A program made the translations under genes and the position numbers. The notes beneath the pieces were generated by a model. The model worked only from the letters and a program-made list of their open reading frames with translations, had not been told where the DNA came from and did no database searches. Below, in pieces: positions 7,966 through 18,013 of a DNA stretch of 64,000 nucleotides (within the stretch, counting starts at the first letter, position 1; every line of letters begins with the position of its first letter). Source of the DNA: an uncultured virus (IMG/VR IMGVR_UViG_3300029258_002658) (lineage: Duplodnaviria; Heunggongvirae; Uroviricota; Caudoviricetes); IMG/VR virus record IMGVR_UViG_3300029258_002658; one strand, 5' to 3'.

Positions 7966-10668
7966 CTAATCGCAGCCGTCGCTGGTCTTACAGGAGAGGC
8001 AGCGGTAGCACCGCCCGACGCGGATAGCAATGTCACCGCATTTGGAGCAGGGCTTAGTGTCGTGGACCTCGACAATACCTGCTAAAGCCTGCGGACCTTC
8101 CTTACTGAGCATCCCTTTCAGTTTGGCCTCCACTTCCTTCTGGTCGAAAACCCCTGTGTCGTGCCTCCCCCCATTCACCTCAGGGTTAATCACGGTCCCT
8201 CCGTAGTACTCATGGTCGATGTACCGCATGATGTAATCGATGGGGCTTCGTGCGTATCCCACCCGCGTATCGGTGGACCGTCCAGCAGGCTCGAACCGAC
8301 TGAACGCGAACTTCCGGATTAGCACCTCGATGGGGATGCCCGACTGGAGCATCATCGACATCGCCGTAGCAAAGGAGTCGAGGAACCCCGACACCGTAGA
8401 TCCCTCCTTAGCCATCTTGAGGAAGATCTCGGCGACCTTCCCGTTGGGGTAGAAACCGATAGTGGCATACCCTTCATGGTTGGCGATCTGGAACTTGTGC
8501 GTCTCGCTCCGACGCTTCGTCGCCAGTCGGTGCCGCTCAGGCATCTTAGGAGGACCATAGTTTGGGCCGGTACGATCCACCTTCCCAGCAGCGGTAACGG
8601 CTTGCGTGACCTTGGAACCGTCGCGGTAGATGGCCACAGCCTTGAGCCCCCTCTCCCAGGCATCGATGTAAGTCTTCTCGATGTCCTCGACAGTAGCCTC
8701 TCGCGGCATGTTGACGGTCTTGCTGATCCCCATGGAGAGGAAAGGCTGGACTGCCGCCATCATCCCAATGTGCCCCGAAGGACGGATGAACCGCTTACCG
8801 TTCAGGGGCTTGAAGGCACAGTCGAAAACGGCTTCGTGTTCGGGGCGCAGACCTGGAGCCCCCTCGATGGTCTTGAGCAGTTCCAGGTGTTTGGTGATCC
8901 CCTCGATCTCGGTAGGGGTGTATCCCAGGGCCTCCAGCCCCACTACCACCGTACGGTTCGAGAGGATCATCGTCCCCCCGCCTGCTAAATCCTTACGACG
9001 GACCAGAGCGATTTCAGGCTCGATGCCAGTGGTATCGCAGTCCATCATAAAGGCTACAGTCCCAGTAGGAGCCAGCAGACTCGTTTGGAGGTTAGCGAAC
9101 CCATCGCAGTCTTCCTTGTCTGCGTAGGCGAGAACACGATCCCAGCTGCCGCCTTGGGCCTCCCCTAGTTCGTCTCCGTTCGGAATGGGAGCGGTGACCA
9201 GCTTCGTAGACGCTTGCTGGTGTCGAGCGATTACGTCCCGCATCGACTGCCGATTCGGAGCCCACGCTTCGCACGGACCACGATCCGAAGCGATGCCCGC
9301 AGAGGTGAGATAAGCCTCCGCCGTCAGGAGACTCGTAACGTTCGCCGCCAGGGTGCGACCGGCGTCGGAGTCGTAGGGCGTCCCCGCCGCCATCAGGAGT
9401 GCCCCTAGATTCGCGTACCCGAGGCCCAACGGGCGATACCGGTGTGAGTTGGCCGTTACCTCCGGTGTAGGGTACTTGGCGCGGTGGACGATGGCATCCA
9501 TCGCGGTGATGAAGATACGCACTGCGTTCTTGAACTGCGACACCGCAAATCCCTTGGCCCTATCCCAGAACCGGAGGAGGTTCAGAGAAGCCAAGTTACA
9601 TGCTGAGTTGTCCACACAGAGAAACTCTCCACACGGATTACTGGCCCGAATGACCGATCCTTCCTGCGCCATCGGGTTCCAGCGGTTGATGTTATCCCCG
9701 AACAACATCCCCGGATCCCCGCAGGTATGCGTTCCCGTAGCGATGCGGCGGAGGAGTTCCCGAGCCTTGATCGTCTCGACCACGTCCCGGCCATTGAGAA
9801 CAAGTCGAAGATCCCAGTCCCCATCTTGCTCCACTGCTTCCATGAAGGCATCCGACGCCCGGACGCTGAGATTAGCATTTTGGAAGAACACCGAACCGTA
9901 CGCTTCCCCGTCCATGTTGGCCGAGAAGCCTGCCGCTGCCAGCGCGTGAGCCTTTCGTTCTTCTAGCGCCTTGGCCTCGATGAACTCCACGATGTCGGGA
10001 TGGTCCACGTCGAGGATCTGCATCTTCGCCGCCCGCCGCACCTTGCCACCACTTTTGATAACTCCCGCGAAGGCGTCATAGCCCTTCATAAAACTCACCG
10101 GCCCCGAAGGACGACCACCTCCGCTCAACCGGTCGTGAGTACTCCGAAGGGTGCTGAGGTTGGTGCCGCACCCCGACCCATCCCGGAAGATAAGCCCTTC
10201 GGTCTTCGCAAGGTCGAGGATCGACTCCATCGTGTCGTCCACCGATAGGATAAAGCAAGCCGAGCCTTGAGGGTGGTCGGAGAAGCCGACGTTGAACCAC
10301 ACAGGGCTATTGAACGTCGCGTATTGATGGACGATCAGCCACTTCAGGTCCGCATGGAAGTTCGCGAGCGACACGCCGTCGTCGTCATCGAAGTAGCCAT
10401 CCTCCTTCGCCCAGGTAGCGATAGTGTCCACCACCCGGCCAATGAGACCGCGTACGGAAGTCTCACGCTCTTCCGTATCCAAGGCCCCCCGGAAGTACTT
10501 GGAGGCTACGGTGTCGATTGCTTGTTGGCTCCAGTCGGCGGGGACCTCCACCCCCTCCTGTTGGAAGATGGTCTTGCCGTCCGGCCCTTGGATAGTCGCG
10601 GTGGCCTGGACCCACTGGATCGCATCCATTGGATCCCCTTGAAGGGCGAAACATCTCTCAAATCGCAT
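7966..10668 (-). CDS. nrdJ: class II (adenosylcobalamin-dependent) ribonucleotide reductase with TSCPD domain and C-terminal Zn ribbon
   Basis: FNSPVWFN, SACFI, GG.VRRAAKM, SNPCGE (thiyl Cys), APTGT, ISKTVNMP, IYRDGSK, KEGSTVSG (TSCPD), C-terminal CxxC..CxxC..GCD. Confidence 0.95.
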   Translation of the reverse strand: MRFERCFALQGDPMDAIQWVQATATIQGPDGKTIFQQEGVEVPADWSQQAIDTVASKYFRGALDTEERETSVRGLIGRVVDTIATWAKEDGYFDDDDGVSLANFHADLKWLIVHQYATFNSPVWFNVGFSDHPQGSACFILSVDDTMESILDLAKTEGLIFRDGSGCGTNLSTLRSTHDRLSGGGRPSGPVSFMKGYDAFAGVIKSGGKVRRAAKMQILDVDHPDIVEFIEAKALEERKAHALAAAGFSANMDGEAYGSVFFQNANLSVRASDAFMEAVEQDGDWDLRLVLNGRDVVETIKARELLRRIATGTHTCGDPGMLFGDNINRWNPMAQEGSVIRASNPCGEFLCVDNSACNLASLNLLRFWDRAKGFAVSQFKNAVRIFITAMDAIVHRAKYPTPEVTANSHRYRPLGLGYANLGALLMAAGTPYDSDAGRTLAANVTSLLTAEAYLTSAGIASDRGPCEAWAPNRQSMRDVIARHQQASTKLVTAPIPNGDELGEAQGGSWDRVLAYADKEDCDGFANLQTSLLAPTGTVAFMMDCDTTGIEPEIALVRRKDLAGGGTMILSNRTVVVGLEALGYTPTEIEGITKHLELLKTIEGAPGLRPEHEAVFDCAFKPLNGKRFIRPSGHIGMMAAVQPFLSMGISKTVNMPREATVEDIEKTYIDAWERGLKAVAIYRDGSKVTQAVTAAGKVDRTGPNYGPPKMPERHRLATKRRSETHKFQIANHEGYATIGFYPNGKVAEIFLKMAKEGSTVSGFLDSFATAMSMMLQSGIPIEVLIRKFAFSRFEPAGRSTDTRVGYARSPIDYIMRYIDHEYYGGTVINPEVNGGRHDTGVFDQKEVEAKLKGMLSKEGPQALAGIVEVHDTKPCSKCGDIAIRVGRCYRCLSCKTSDGCD

Positions 10669-10709
10669 CGGTGGTGCCTTTCGCTCAGGACGCGGGAAAC
10701 AGAGGCTCG

Positions 10710-10753
10710 AAACAAGAGGAGCCCTCCAGCATATCGTGACGCAGGAGGGCTCC
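10710..10753 (-). terminator. intrinsic terminator upstream of nrdJ
   Basis: GGAGCCCTCC..GGAGGGCTCC 10-bp stem followed by TCTTGTTT on the minus strand. Confidence 0.6.
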
Positions 10754-10770
10754 CAAGAAATGTTAGTTCC

Positions 10771-10974
10771 CTAATACAGTTCGCGGCCCACCAATTCGGC
10801 GTGGACCCGTTTCAGCTTACCGCGAGTCCGTGGGGCTTTGCTGCGAAGGGTTGCAGACCAGTCGCGCAACATGGTCTGCGCCTTTCCTCCACGCACGTAG
10901 CCATTCTTTTCCAGATCATTGATGATCTCTTGCAGGAACAGGCGATCTTCGGTCGCCTCTTGCTCTGTGGACAT
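10771..10974 (-). CDS. small hypothetical protein
   Basis: 67 aa, GGAG RBS. Confidence 0.55.
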   Translation of the reverse strand: MSTEQEATEDRLFLQEIINDLEKNGYVRGGKAQTMLRDWSATLRSKAPRTRGKLKRVHAELVGRELY

Positions 10975-10988
10975 GGTGTTCTCCAGGG

Positions 10989-11228
10989 TTAGCAGCTACA
11001 GAAATCGGTATTCAGGCCGGGATGGGCTAGGTTGGTCACCAGAACCAATTTTGGATCGTCGGGCTTGTCATCCCAGCGGACACGAACAACATTCGGGGCA
11101 CTAGGGGCGATTGGTTGCTCTTCCCCGACCACGGTCCCACGACGGAAGGGCAGTTCACCTGTAGTAGCCATGACCGAACGGAGCCAGCCGACTGAGTAGG
11201 CCACACGGTCACCTTCGTGGAAGTTCAT
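10989..11228 (-). CDS. small SH3-like hypothetical protein
   Basis: FHEGDRV..GTVV..VRVRWDD pattern. Confidence 0.55.
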   Translation of the reverse strand: MNFHEGDRVAYSVGWLRSVMATTGELPFRRGTVVGEEQPIAPSAPNVVRVRWDDKPDDPKLVLVTNLAHPGLNTDFCSC

Positions 11229-11232
11229 ACCC

Positions 11233-12468
11233 CTACTCCGTGCGCGAGCCCTGCATCAGGATCGTACCGGAGATGTCCTCCAGCACCGTAGCGAGGTCGG
11301 TGTCGGCGTCGTACTCACGGTCCCCGTTGACGACCTGGGCGAGGTCGTAACGAGTCTGCTGCGGCTTGGCACTGAACTGCCCCATGAAGCGGTTCAGCAT
11401 CGCTTCCATGGTTTCCTTGCCCTTGGTGGCGTCGTGTTTGCCCAACTCCACCTTGAGGATCCGCTTGGCCTGCTTCTCGGAGATCTCTTCGCCAGCGGCC
11501 TCCCGAATCCGGTTAGCGAACCCGATGAAGGTCTCGTCGGAGAAGCTGGAGGCGATCATGTCCCGGACCTCCATGAGGACGGTGCGAACGCGCTGCTGCT
11601 GCGTGTCCTCGGCCCAGATTCCCATTTCGTCGGCGTGACCAGTGACGTGGTACTTGCGCTTGAAGAAGGACGTGAAGACCTGACCGTTCACACAGGCCCC
11701 TGTCAGCACCCCCGGCTCGACGCGGATCGACCCCTGCCCGGTCTCCGACGCGGAGATCCGACAAAGCCCGTGGTGAAGACCCCCTGCCCCATCATCCTTC
11801 CGACCCTCCAGCGAAAAGCTGAGGTTGGGATCCACGACGTACATGCTCATATGCTCACCGAAATCGGTGTAGCGGAAGTTGAGGATGTCGAGGCCTTTCT
11901 CCTCAACCTTACCCATAACGATCTCCAGGATGTCGGCGGTATCGATCCGAAGGTAGGCCGTTGAGTTGACCGAACGGATGGCCCCGGTCGCGTCGAAGTC
12001 TCCGCGAGGGACGTTGTCCACTCCCCGGAAGAGCCGCAGCCGATCCCGCAAACTGGAGTGTCGAAACAGCTGGGTCAGGTACTCCGCCAGCAGATCGAGC
12101 CGTCCTGTCTTGACCTGATTGTCGTGGTGCGAGACCCCGACGCTGACGGTCCCCTCAGGGTTGAGGATGTCCCGAAGACCCTTCGTGGTGAGCCGGAAGA
12201 TCCGGTCGTGGAGGGACGTGTCTGTGAAGACGCCGCTCAAGTCCCGCGACAGGTCGAACTGGACTGCCAGTTCCTTGCCCTCGGGGTTCTGTTCCGTACT
12301 GGGCGTCGGTGTTGGGATGGTCGTCACAGCGCACCACCCCAAGGGCACCACGGCATCGATGCGATTCGCCATTACCTCGGTGGCCCTTTGCATCGCGGCT
12401 CGCACCATCTCCTTAGGGTATCGGGTGAGTCTTCGGGCAGCAGGTACGTTCTCAGTCATCTCTCTCAT
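11233..12468 (-). CDS. DUF932-like phage/plasmid protein
   Basis: RSVNSTAYLRID..ILE and ISASETGQGSIRVEP..ACVNG resemble DUF932 motifs; GGAGG RBS before ATG 12468. Confidence 0.65.
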   Translation of the reverse strand: MREMTENVPAARRLTRYPKEMVRAAMQRATEVMANRIDAVVPLGWCAVTTIPTPTPSTEQNPEGKELAVQFDLSRDLSGVFTDTSLHDRIFRLTTKGLRDILNPEGTVSVGVSHHDNQVKTGRLDLLAEYLTQLFRHSSLRDRLRLFRGVDNVPRGDFDATGAIRSVNSTAYLRIDTADILEIVMGKVEEKGLDILNFRYTDFGEHMSMYVVDPNLSFSLEGRKDDGAGGLHHGLCRISASETGQGSIRVEPGVLTGACVNGQVFTSFFKRKYHVTGHADEMGIWAEDTQQQRVRTVLMEVRDMIASSFSDETFIGFANRIREAAGEEISEKQAKRILKVELGKHDATKGKETMEAMLNRFMGQFSAKPQQTRYDLAQVVNGDREYDADTDLATVLEDISGTILMQGSRTE

Positions 12469-12617
12469 TCCTCCGCAGTAAGAATGGTCAGATTCAGGCT
12501 CCCAGCGAGCCCGATATCCAATATAGTGACGTAGAATGTCCAAAAGCATCCATAAACCGCAAAAATGGAACTTTTTCTGCGCGAGGAAAGGTACAACCTC
12601 CGAAATCCTGACAGATA

Positions 12618-12644
12618 GAGAAGTGAAAAAGTTTTCCGGTTTCG
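12618..12644. promoter_or_regulatory. 27-bp palindromic site, copy 2 (degenerate)
   Basis: GAGAAGTGAAAAA-G-TTTTCCGGTTTCG in a divergent intergenic region. Confidence 0.6.
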
Positions 12645-12807
12645 AACCTCACACCCACGAACACCTGCCTCACTACACCTTCTTGATGGACCCTCGGACC
12701 CCCTTGCCGATCCTTGACCCCAGCTAAGCCCCAGGAGTATCATCGGCAGCTACCCGCGTTTTGAACTCCCGCTTCTTTGCTCTGTATCTACATGGTGGCA
12801 CCAACCT

Positions 12808-13653
12808 ATGGACAGTAGCGTAACGTCCGCGTACATGGTCATCCCATCCGGCCTCCCCATGATCCGCAGCTACCAAACTAAGGGTGGCTACTCCGAGAAA
12901 ATCATCTTCGAGAACCAAGCGGCTTGGCTAGTGGAGGCCGATCTACTGCGAGGCGTCCAGCGCGGGTGGTCGTTACGGAAGCACGGGCGCGGTTCCATCC
13001 AACGAGCCTTCGAGTTGATACAGCTAGCCGGGATGTTGTTGGACCAGCCTATCCCTAACCGCAGACGCAGGAACGGCGAACCTGCGAAGCAGTGGGGCCT
13101 CCGCTTCCGCCGCGAAGAGTTAGCGAGACTACGGGTGTTGCTCTCCTACTGGATCGAGAGGCAGGTGGACGACAATGTCCGAGGAGAACTGCGAGTCACC
13201 TACAACTTCCTCGACCTGGACTTCATGCTCGGGCGCAAGCCCTCGGCGGAGGAGTTGAGCCTTACCAAGTTCACGGGCGATAGCGTCATCCCCATCAAGA
13301 CGTTGTCCTACGAGGGCTGTACGGCCACCGTCGTCCTCCCGGAGATCCCCCACGAGTGTGACCAAACCGTCCCTCGCTCAACGATGCCCTGCGCGATGGG
13401 TAAACGAGTAGCTGGGATCGATCTCGTGGTGCAAGAGGCCTGGGCGTACCTGCCGCCGAAGGGGGAGGCGAAGTGCGGGAAAGGTCGCAAGATCTCTGTG
13501 CCCGAGAGCCTCCTGATGATCTCCCCCTCCAGCGTGTGCTACCCCGACCCGAGCAAGATCGAACGGGCCAAAGGGGGAGGCGCTCCCGTCCCGGAATGGC
13601 TCCGCGACAGTAGCGCCCCCAATTTCCGCCCACTGGATCGCGGGACCGGCTAG
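12808..13653 (+). CDS. hypothetical protein
   Basis: 281-aa ORF, coding-like composition; start uncertain. Confidence 0.6.
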   Translation: MDSSVTSAYMVIPSGLPMIRSYQTKGGYSEKIIFENQAAWLVEADLLRGVQRGWSLRKHGRGSIQRAFELIQLAGMLLDQPIPNRRRRNGEPAKQWGLRFRREELARLRVLLSYWIERQVDDNVRGELRVTYNFLDLDFMLGRKPSAEELSLTKFTGDSVIPIKTLSYEGCTATVVLPEIPHECDQTVPRSTMPCAMGKRVAGIDLVVQEAWAYLPPKGEAKCGKGRKISVPESLLMISPSSVCYPDPSKIERAKGGGAPVPEWLRDSSAPNFRPLDRGTG

Positions 13654-14201
13654 TCGATGGTCCAGTAGCGTCGAGGCAACTCTCCGAACCACGCTTTCGA
13701 TTGTGCAATCGCAGCCGAGACGATTACCTCTGCTACGGAGGCCGGTCCACGTCCTGGGGCGAGTCCATACTTCCGCCCCTGCCCCGCCTTGTACGCGGCC
13801 ATCTGGAGTTTGCGGATCATCTCGCCTTCCGAGGCAAACCCGTACAGCGATGAGACCTCCGAGGCCATGTTCGCTGCCATTAAGTAGAAGGACCCGATCA
13901 TCGAAGAGACACCACCATCCACCCGCATCCGCGCTGCTAGGGCTTTGGCGAACATGTCACGCAAGGCCTCTGCCTTAGCGACGATGCACCGGGCACGGGG
14001 AGTGAACACCATCGGGCTCTCACGCTCCGGGACCATCGGGAACGCGGTGTTGATCCCGATTTTAGGCGGCACGGTGCGCCCGTATCGGCTCGGAGCATTC
14101 GAGGGGACCAGTGGTAGCCGGTTGCTCGCCATACCCTCGTAAGGGGCGGAGTTGTACTCAGCAGAGTACGGGTAGCACAACGGGTGGAACTGGGAGTTCA
14201 T
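13650..14201 (-). CDS. hypothetical protein
   Basis: GGAGG RBS before ATG 14201 (MNSQF). Confidence 0.55.
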   Translation of the reverse strand: MNSQFHPLCYPYSAEYNSAPYEGMASNRLPLVPSNAPSRYGRTVPPKIGINTAFPMVPERESPMVFTPRARCIVAKAEALRDMFAKALAARMRVDGGVSSMIGSFYLMAANMASEVSSLYGFASEGEMIRKLQMAAYKAGQGRKYGLAPGRGPASVAEVIVSAAIAQSKAWFGELPRRYWTID

Positions 14202-14270
14202 ATCGACCTCCGCAAAGAAAAAGGAGCGCCAGAGACGCTCCAATCCTATCCCCTCGAATCGGCTGGCGCA

Positions 14271-14492
14271 CTACCCCGCCACTGGGCGTGTACCTACTTT
14301 CGGCATCGCTTGGCGGATATGAACCACCTGTCCGCACTTACAGCAACGCCCAACCGTAGCCGTGGGTGAACCTAACGCCACACTCTCGTTCTCCTGCTCA
14401 CAGTTAGGGCATACGAACGTGAAGTGCGTCTCCAGCCATGCGCGACGGGCGACGACGTTCTTGCCTTTCTGTGGTGGTTTATTCTCGGGCAT
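14271..14492 (-). CDS. small zinc-ribbon protein
   Basis: CPNC...CCKC; GAAGG RBS; promoter upstream. Confidence 0.55.
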   Translation of the reverse strand: MPENKPPQKGKNVVARRAWLETHFTFVCPNCEQENESVALGSPTATVGRCCKCGQVVHIRQAMPKVGTRPVAG

Positions 14493-14534
14493 TCGGACCT
14501 TCCGTAACCGGGAAATCCCGAGCGGGCTTACTTA

Positions 14535-14563
14535 ATAGTAGCCCTGGTACCGGGTTAGTTCAA
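14535..14563 (-). promoter_or_regulatory. sigma70-like promoter
   Basis: TTGAAC-17 bp-TACTAT on the minus strand, ~40 bp upstream of the ORF at 14492. Confidence 0.5.
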
Positions 14564-14592
14564 GTCAATACCCTAATAACGGAAAAATCCGA

Positions 14593-15159
14593 TTATTCTT
14601 CCCACCCGTCCTCGAAGTCGTCGTAGTCCGGGTCGTAGCCCGAAGTGGATGCGGAGGCAGCTGCTAGGTTCATCGCAGTAGCAGAAGCCTCAGCCATACC
14701 CGCTTCTTCATCCTCGCCGTCGTCTCCTCCACCTCCACCTCTCGCCTCCTCATCCTCCCGGCGCTTTGCGATCATCCGCTGCACCATGAACGTCACGATC
14801 ACGCTCGCGGCGACCGTCGCACCAGATTTGAGGAAATCACGCATCAGTTCCTGGAGGAAGGTCTTCTTCTCACCAACCCTCTCCTCAACTCGCGCCAACC
14901 CCAGCTGGGTGTCATCATGCTCGTCGTGGAGGCCCACGATTCCCCGTAGCACCTCCTCGTGCTGCTGTCGCACGAGGTTTTGCAGATCCCGTACCGATGA
15001 GGGCGATGGCGGAACGTAGGGGGAGTCGGTTTGGGGAGAGGCCCCAACCACGCGACTCCGTACTACCGGAGATCCCACATTTCCGGCCCTAGCAACACCA
15101 CAACGCCCTGGGCGGAAGATGCTTCGCGTGACGCCTATGGTCGGTGGAGGAATGCTCAT
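14593..15159 (-). CDS. hypothetical protein with hydrophobic helix and acidic tail
   Basis: ATVAASVIVTFMV segment; ATGA overlap with the J-domain gene. Confidence 0.55.
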   Translation of the reverse strand: MSIPPPTIGVTRSIFRPGRCGVARAGNVGSPVVRSRVVGASPQTDSPYVPPSPSSVRDLQNLVRQQHEEVLRGIVGLHDEHDDTQLGLARVEERVGEKKTFLQELMRDFLKSGATVAASVIVTFMVQRMIAKRREDEEARGGGGGDDGEDEEAGMAEASATAMNLAAASASTSGYDPDYDDFEDGWEE

Positions 15160-16022
15160 GCTGGGACAACCTTTATCTGATACGGACTGCCGTGAATATA
15201 CAGGATCTGCCCATTGGGCGCTAGACTAGCCTGGAAGGTGCCGCCCATAGATTTCTTGCCGTCCAGGGTCCAGATCTCACCCTGGATCGAGGACTCTACC
15301 AAACGGTTCTCCTGGATCCGTTTCACAAACTGCCGGTACTCCTGGGCCTTAACACGAAAGGCCGGGTAGACCGGGTGCAAGCGGACACCAGCAGAGGGCC
15401 GTTGTTGATGCTGCCTGTTACGAACAGCTGCTGCGGGAACGGGACCTACCGCCGCATCACCATTCACACCACTTCTACCCACACGCCCAACAGGATGCGG
15501 TCGTTTACCTTTAGGTTCGATCTTCGCAGAGTTCATAGGACTCGACTTCGGTGGTACCCCAACCGGACGCACTTCCGCAGAACGCCGAACTTCCTGGACC
15601 ACGTTCTTGAAAAGGACCCCTCCCAAGAACACAGCCCCTGCGACGAACTCCCCGAAGATGTCTTGGAGATCCACCTGCACAACCTTCTTCCGAGACGACA
15701 CTCGCCCTCGTCCCCGCCCCACTAGATCTCGAATGAAATCCCTCTCCGCCCCCTCTCCCCAATCGAAGATATCGCGTTCTGGTTCCTCCAAAGGCAATTC
15801 CCCACCCTGTTCTCTTACCCACTCTAACACCACTCGGTGCGCTTCGTTGATTTCCTTGAACCTCTCTTCTGCATCCGCTGCCTTCGACCGATCAGGGTGG
15901 TACTGCTTCGCAAGCACACGATAGGCGTACTTCACTTGATCTAAGTCCCCGGCCTTCTCAGCACCGAGAACCCGCAAGCATTTCCGGACCTCATCCTTCG
16001 TGTGTTCGCGCTTATGAGTCAT
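15156..16022 (-). CDS. J-domain (DnaJ-like) protein
   Basis: VLG...VKYAYRVLAKQYHPD...AEERFKEINEAHRVV, canonical HPD motif; the C-terminus is unrelated to DnaJ. Confidence 0.85.
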   Translation of the reverse strand: MTHKREHTKDEVRKCLRVLGAEKAGDLDQVKYAYRVLAKQYHPDRSKAADAEERFKEINEAHRVVLEWVREQGGELPLEEPERDIFDWGEGAERDFIRDLVGRGRGRVSSRKKVVQVDLQDIFGEFVAGAVFLGGVLFKNVVQEVRRSAEVRPVGVPPKSSPMNSAKIEPKGKRPHPVGRVGRSGVNGDAAVGPVPAAAVRNRQHQQRPSAGVRLHPVYPAFRVKAQEYRQFVKRIQENRLVESSIQGEIWTLDGKKSMGGTFQASLAPNGQILYIHGSPYQIKVVPA

Positions 16023-17417
16023 ACAGCTGCTGCCATAGTTGAGTTCGATCCGCACGATTGGAGTCTACCACCGGCCCCCGAAGTTGTCGCAGGGATACGG
16101 GTTCATTCCTGTAAAGGGACACGTCGCTACGCTGGGGTGAGAGGGCTCAACACCCTAGCCACGCAACTCCGAGAGAGATCCCCCCTCTTGTTTACGCTCG
16201 ACTGGGCAAAGGTGATCGCCGTTGCCCTCTGGCACGACCTACCATGTCTTCCGGCCCTACTTGACCATCTACGCACCGGGAACGTCGTCTCGCTCGAAGA
16301 CTTGAACCGCTTAGCAGCCCCGGTCAATCCAAATATCATCACCCAGAAGCTATACCTCGATCCAGCCAAAACCCTATCCGCAGGGGAAGGCATGTTCGCA
16401 CGGGTCCGGGCCTACACTCCAGTGAAGCACGAGGCCACGTCCCTTGCTCGTAAGGTGTACCCCTACGCACTCCCCTTGGAGACCCTAGGCAACGCCATCG
16501 CTCTCCAAGTAACGTGGAACGGGGTTGCAGTAGACATCACACGACTACGGATGGCCCCAACAGGAGGGGCTCCCACACGGTGGACCAGATCTCGTGAGGC
16601 TGTAGCTGAGGCTTTGCGAAATGATGGTCGGATCCATCCAACGTACCGGCGGTTGGGGACGGCACGGCTGATGGCCGAGAATCCACAGGTGCAGGGGTTC
16701 GACCACAGCAACGACCCAGAGGCACCGCGTGGATTGCTGATACCTTCGGAAGGTAACAGCTTCGTTAGTCTAGACCTCCGAGGCGCAGAGGTGTGTTCAC
16801 TGGCTTTAGCGTGGAAGCATAGGTACCCCGAAGACGAGCGTGGAAGGGTGCTATGGGACATGCTCCATGAAGGTAGAGACGTACACGCAGAGAATACCGA
16901 GATCATTCAGTCGGTAGCTGGGGCCGAACCTTCGCGAGAGGTGACCAAGGCGATGTTCTTCCAGTATGCCTACCTCGCTACGCATCAGAAAGTGCAGGAA
17001 GGACTCCGGGATGCGGTAGGCCTCGGTCCTTCCCAAGAAGGTCAGATCTATCGCACCTTGGTCAAGCGGTTCCCCTTGGATCGGTGGCGTCGTGATCTCG
17101 ACCTCCAAGCAGGTGCCCAACGGCCTGCGGTCTCGTACCACGGAAGGCGTTGGAAGGGAAAAGGGACGGGCCGATCCATTGCAGCGGTCCATCTCCAAGC
17201 ACCGGTCATCGACTCGGTGGTCGTAGGGTGTCTCGATCTCATCCAGAAAAACCGGGCCTGGAAGCCGGTACTACTGGCTCACGACGAGGTGTTACTGGAC
17301 ATGGACCCTTCTGAAACCTCCCTGGTTCAGGGGGTATTCTGCCAAGGGCTGAGGAAAATCCTGGCAGGAGTTGAGCCCCAGGTATCGACAAAGATTTTTT
17401 CTGAGCGGCTTTCGTGA
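16014..17417 (+). CDS. divergent family A DNA polymerase (compact)
   Basis: RIHP..TARL..NPQVQ; motif A SLDLRGAE; DVH; motif B REVTKAMFFQYAY; LQAPVID; motif C AHDEVL. Start uncertain. Confidence 0.8.
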   Translation: MSHTAAAIVEFDPHDWSLPPAPEVVAGIRVHSCKGTRRYAGVRGLNTLATQLRERSPLLFTLDWAKVIAVALWHDLPCLPALLDHLRTGNVVSLEDLNRLAAPVNPNIITQKLYLDPAKTLSAGEGMFARVRAYTPVKHEATSLARKVYPYALPLETLGNAIALQVTWNGVAVDITRLRMAPTGGAPTRWTRSREAVAEALRNDGRIHPTYRRLGTARLMAENPQVQGFDHSNDPEAPRGLLIPSEGNSFVSLDLRGAEVCSLALAWKHRYPEDERGRVLWDMLHEGRDVHAENTEIIQSVAGAEPSREVTKAMFFQYAYLATHQKVQEGLRDAVGLGPSQEGQIYRTLVKRFPLDRWRRDLDLQAGAQRPAVSYHGRRWKGKGTGRSIAAVHLQAPVIDSVVVGCLDLIQKNRAWKPVLLAHDEVLLDMDPSETSLVQGVFCQGLRKILAGVEPQVSTKIFSERLS

Positions 17418-17533
17418 CCTCTAGGGTATGGACAACGGCTTTTTCTTCGAGCTACCATCCCCCCATCGGCCCAAGTCCGCGCTACGCACATCGCGGCAAC
17501 TCTCCGTTCCTGGTCCGAGAAGGAGTAACTCAC

Positions 17534-17902
17534 ATGAGCGTCATGCCGCCAATGCCCGGCGAGACCGTGGGTGCCCGTCGCCGGACGCGCCCCGCAAAGG
17601 CGTACCAAGGTTCCACTCCGGGGTCGAGCCCCATCTGTCGTGTCCCCGAGGGCATGATGGGTTCGCGAGTGGGCGAAGACGGTGTCACCAAGGTCTACCA
17701 GGGGGGATCGTTCGTCTCCTGCAACCCGCGTAAGCAGCCCTCGTTGACCACTGGTCGCGTGGTGCTGGACCCGACTCTCGTGGCCGGTGGCCGCGTCGTC
17801 GGTCAGCAAGCGCAACAGGGTGGGGGGATGAACTTCGGTACCCTGTTGCTGGGTGGCCTCGTCGGCTACCTCGCCGCCGGAATGTTCAAGAAGGGGCGCT
17901 AG
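17534..17902 (+). CDS. small membrane protein (putative virion)
   Basis: AGGAG RBS; C-terminal TM FGTLLLGGLVGYLAAGMF followed by KKGR. Confidence 0.65.
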   Translation: MSVMPPMPGETVGARRRTRPAKAYQGSTPGSSPICRVPEGMMGSRVGEDGVTKVYQGGSFVSCNPRKQPSLTTGRVVLDPTLVAGGRVVGQQAQQGGGMNFGTLLLGGLVGYLAAGMFKKGR

Positions 17903-18013
17903 CCTCAACTTGACTCCCGACCGCCGAAACGGAGAGGACAAGGCCCTCGTCTGGACCCCAGACGGGGGCCGCGTCATTATAGGGGGCACCAAAGCCGTCT
18001 CTCGGAAGATGTC

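Noticed and set aside
7966..10668. Intein or intron in nrdJ
   Set aside because: The length is explained by core + TSCPD + Zn ribbon; no intein terminal or LAGLIDADG motifs seen
10669..10770. Cobalamin riboswitch upstream of nrdJ
   Set aside because: Only ~100 bp, occupied by a simple terminator hairpin; no convincing B12-box architecture
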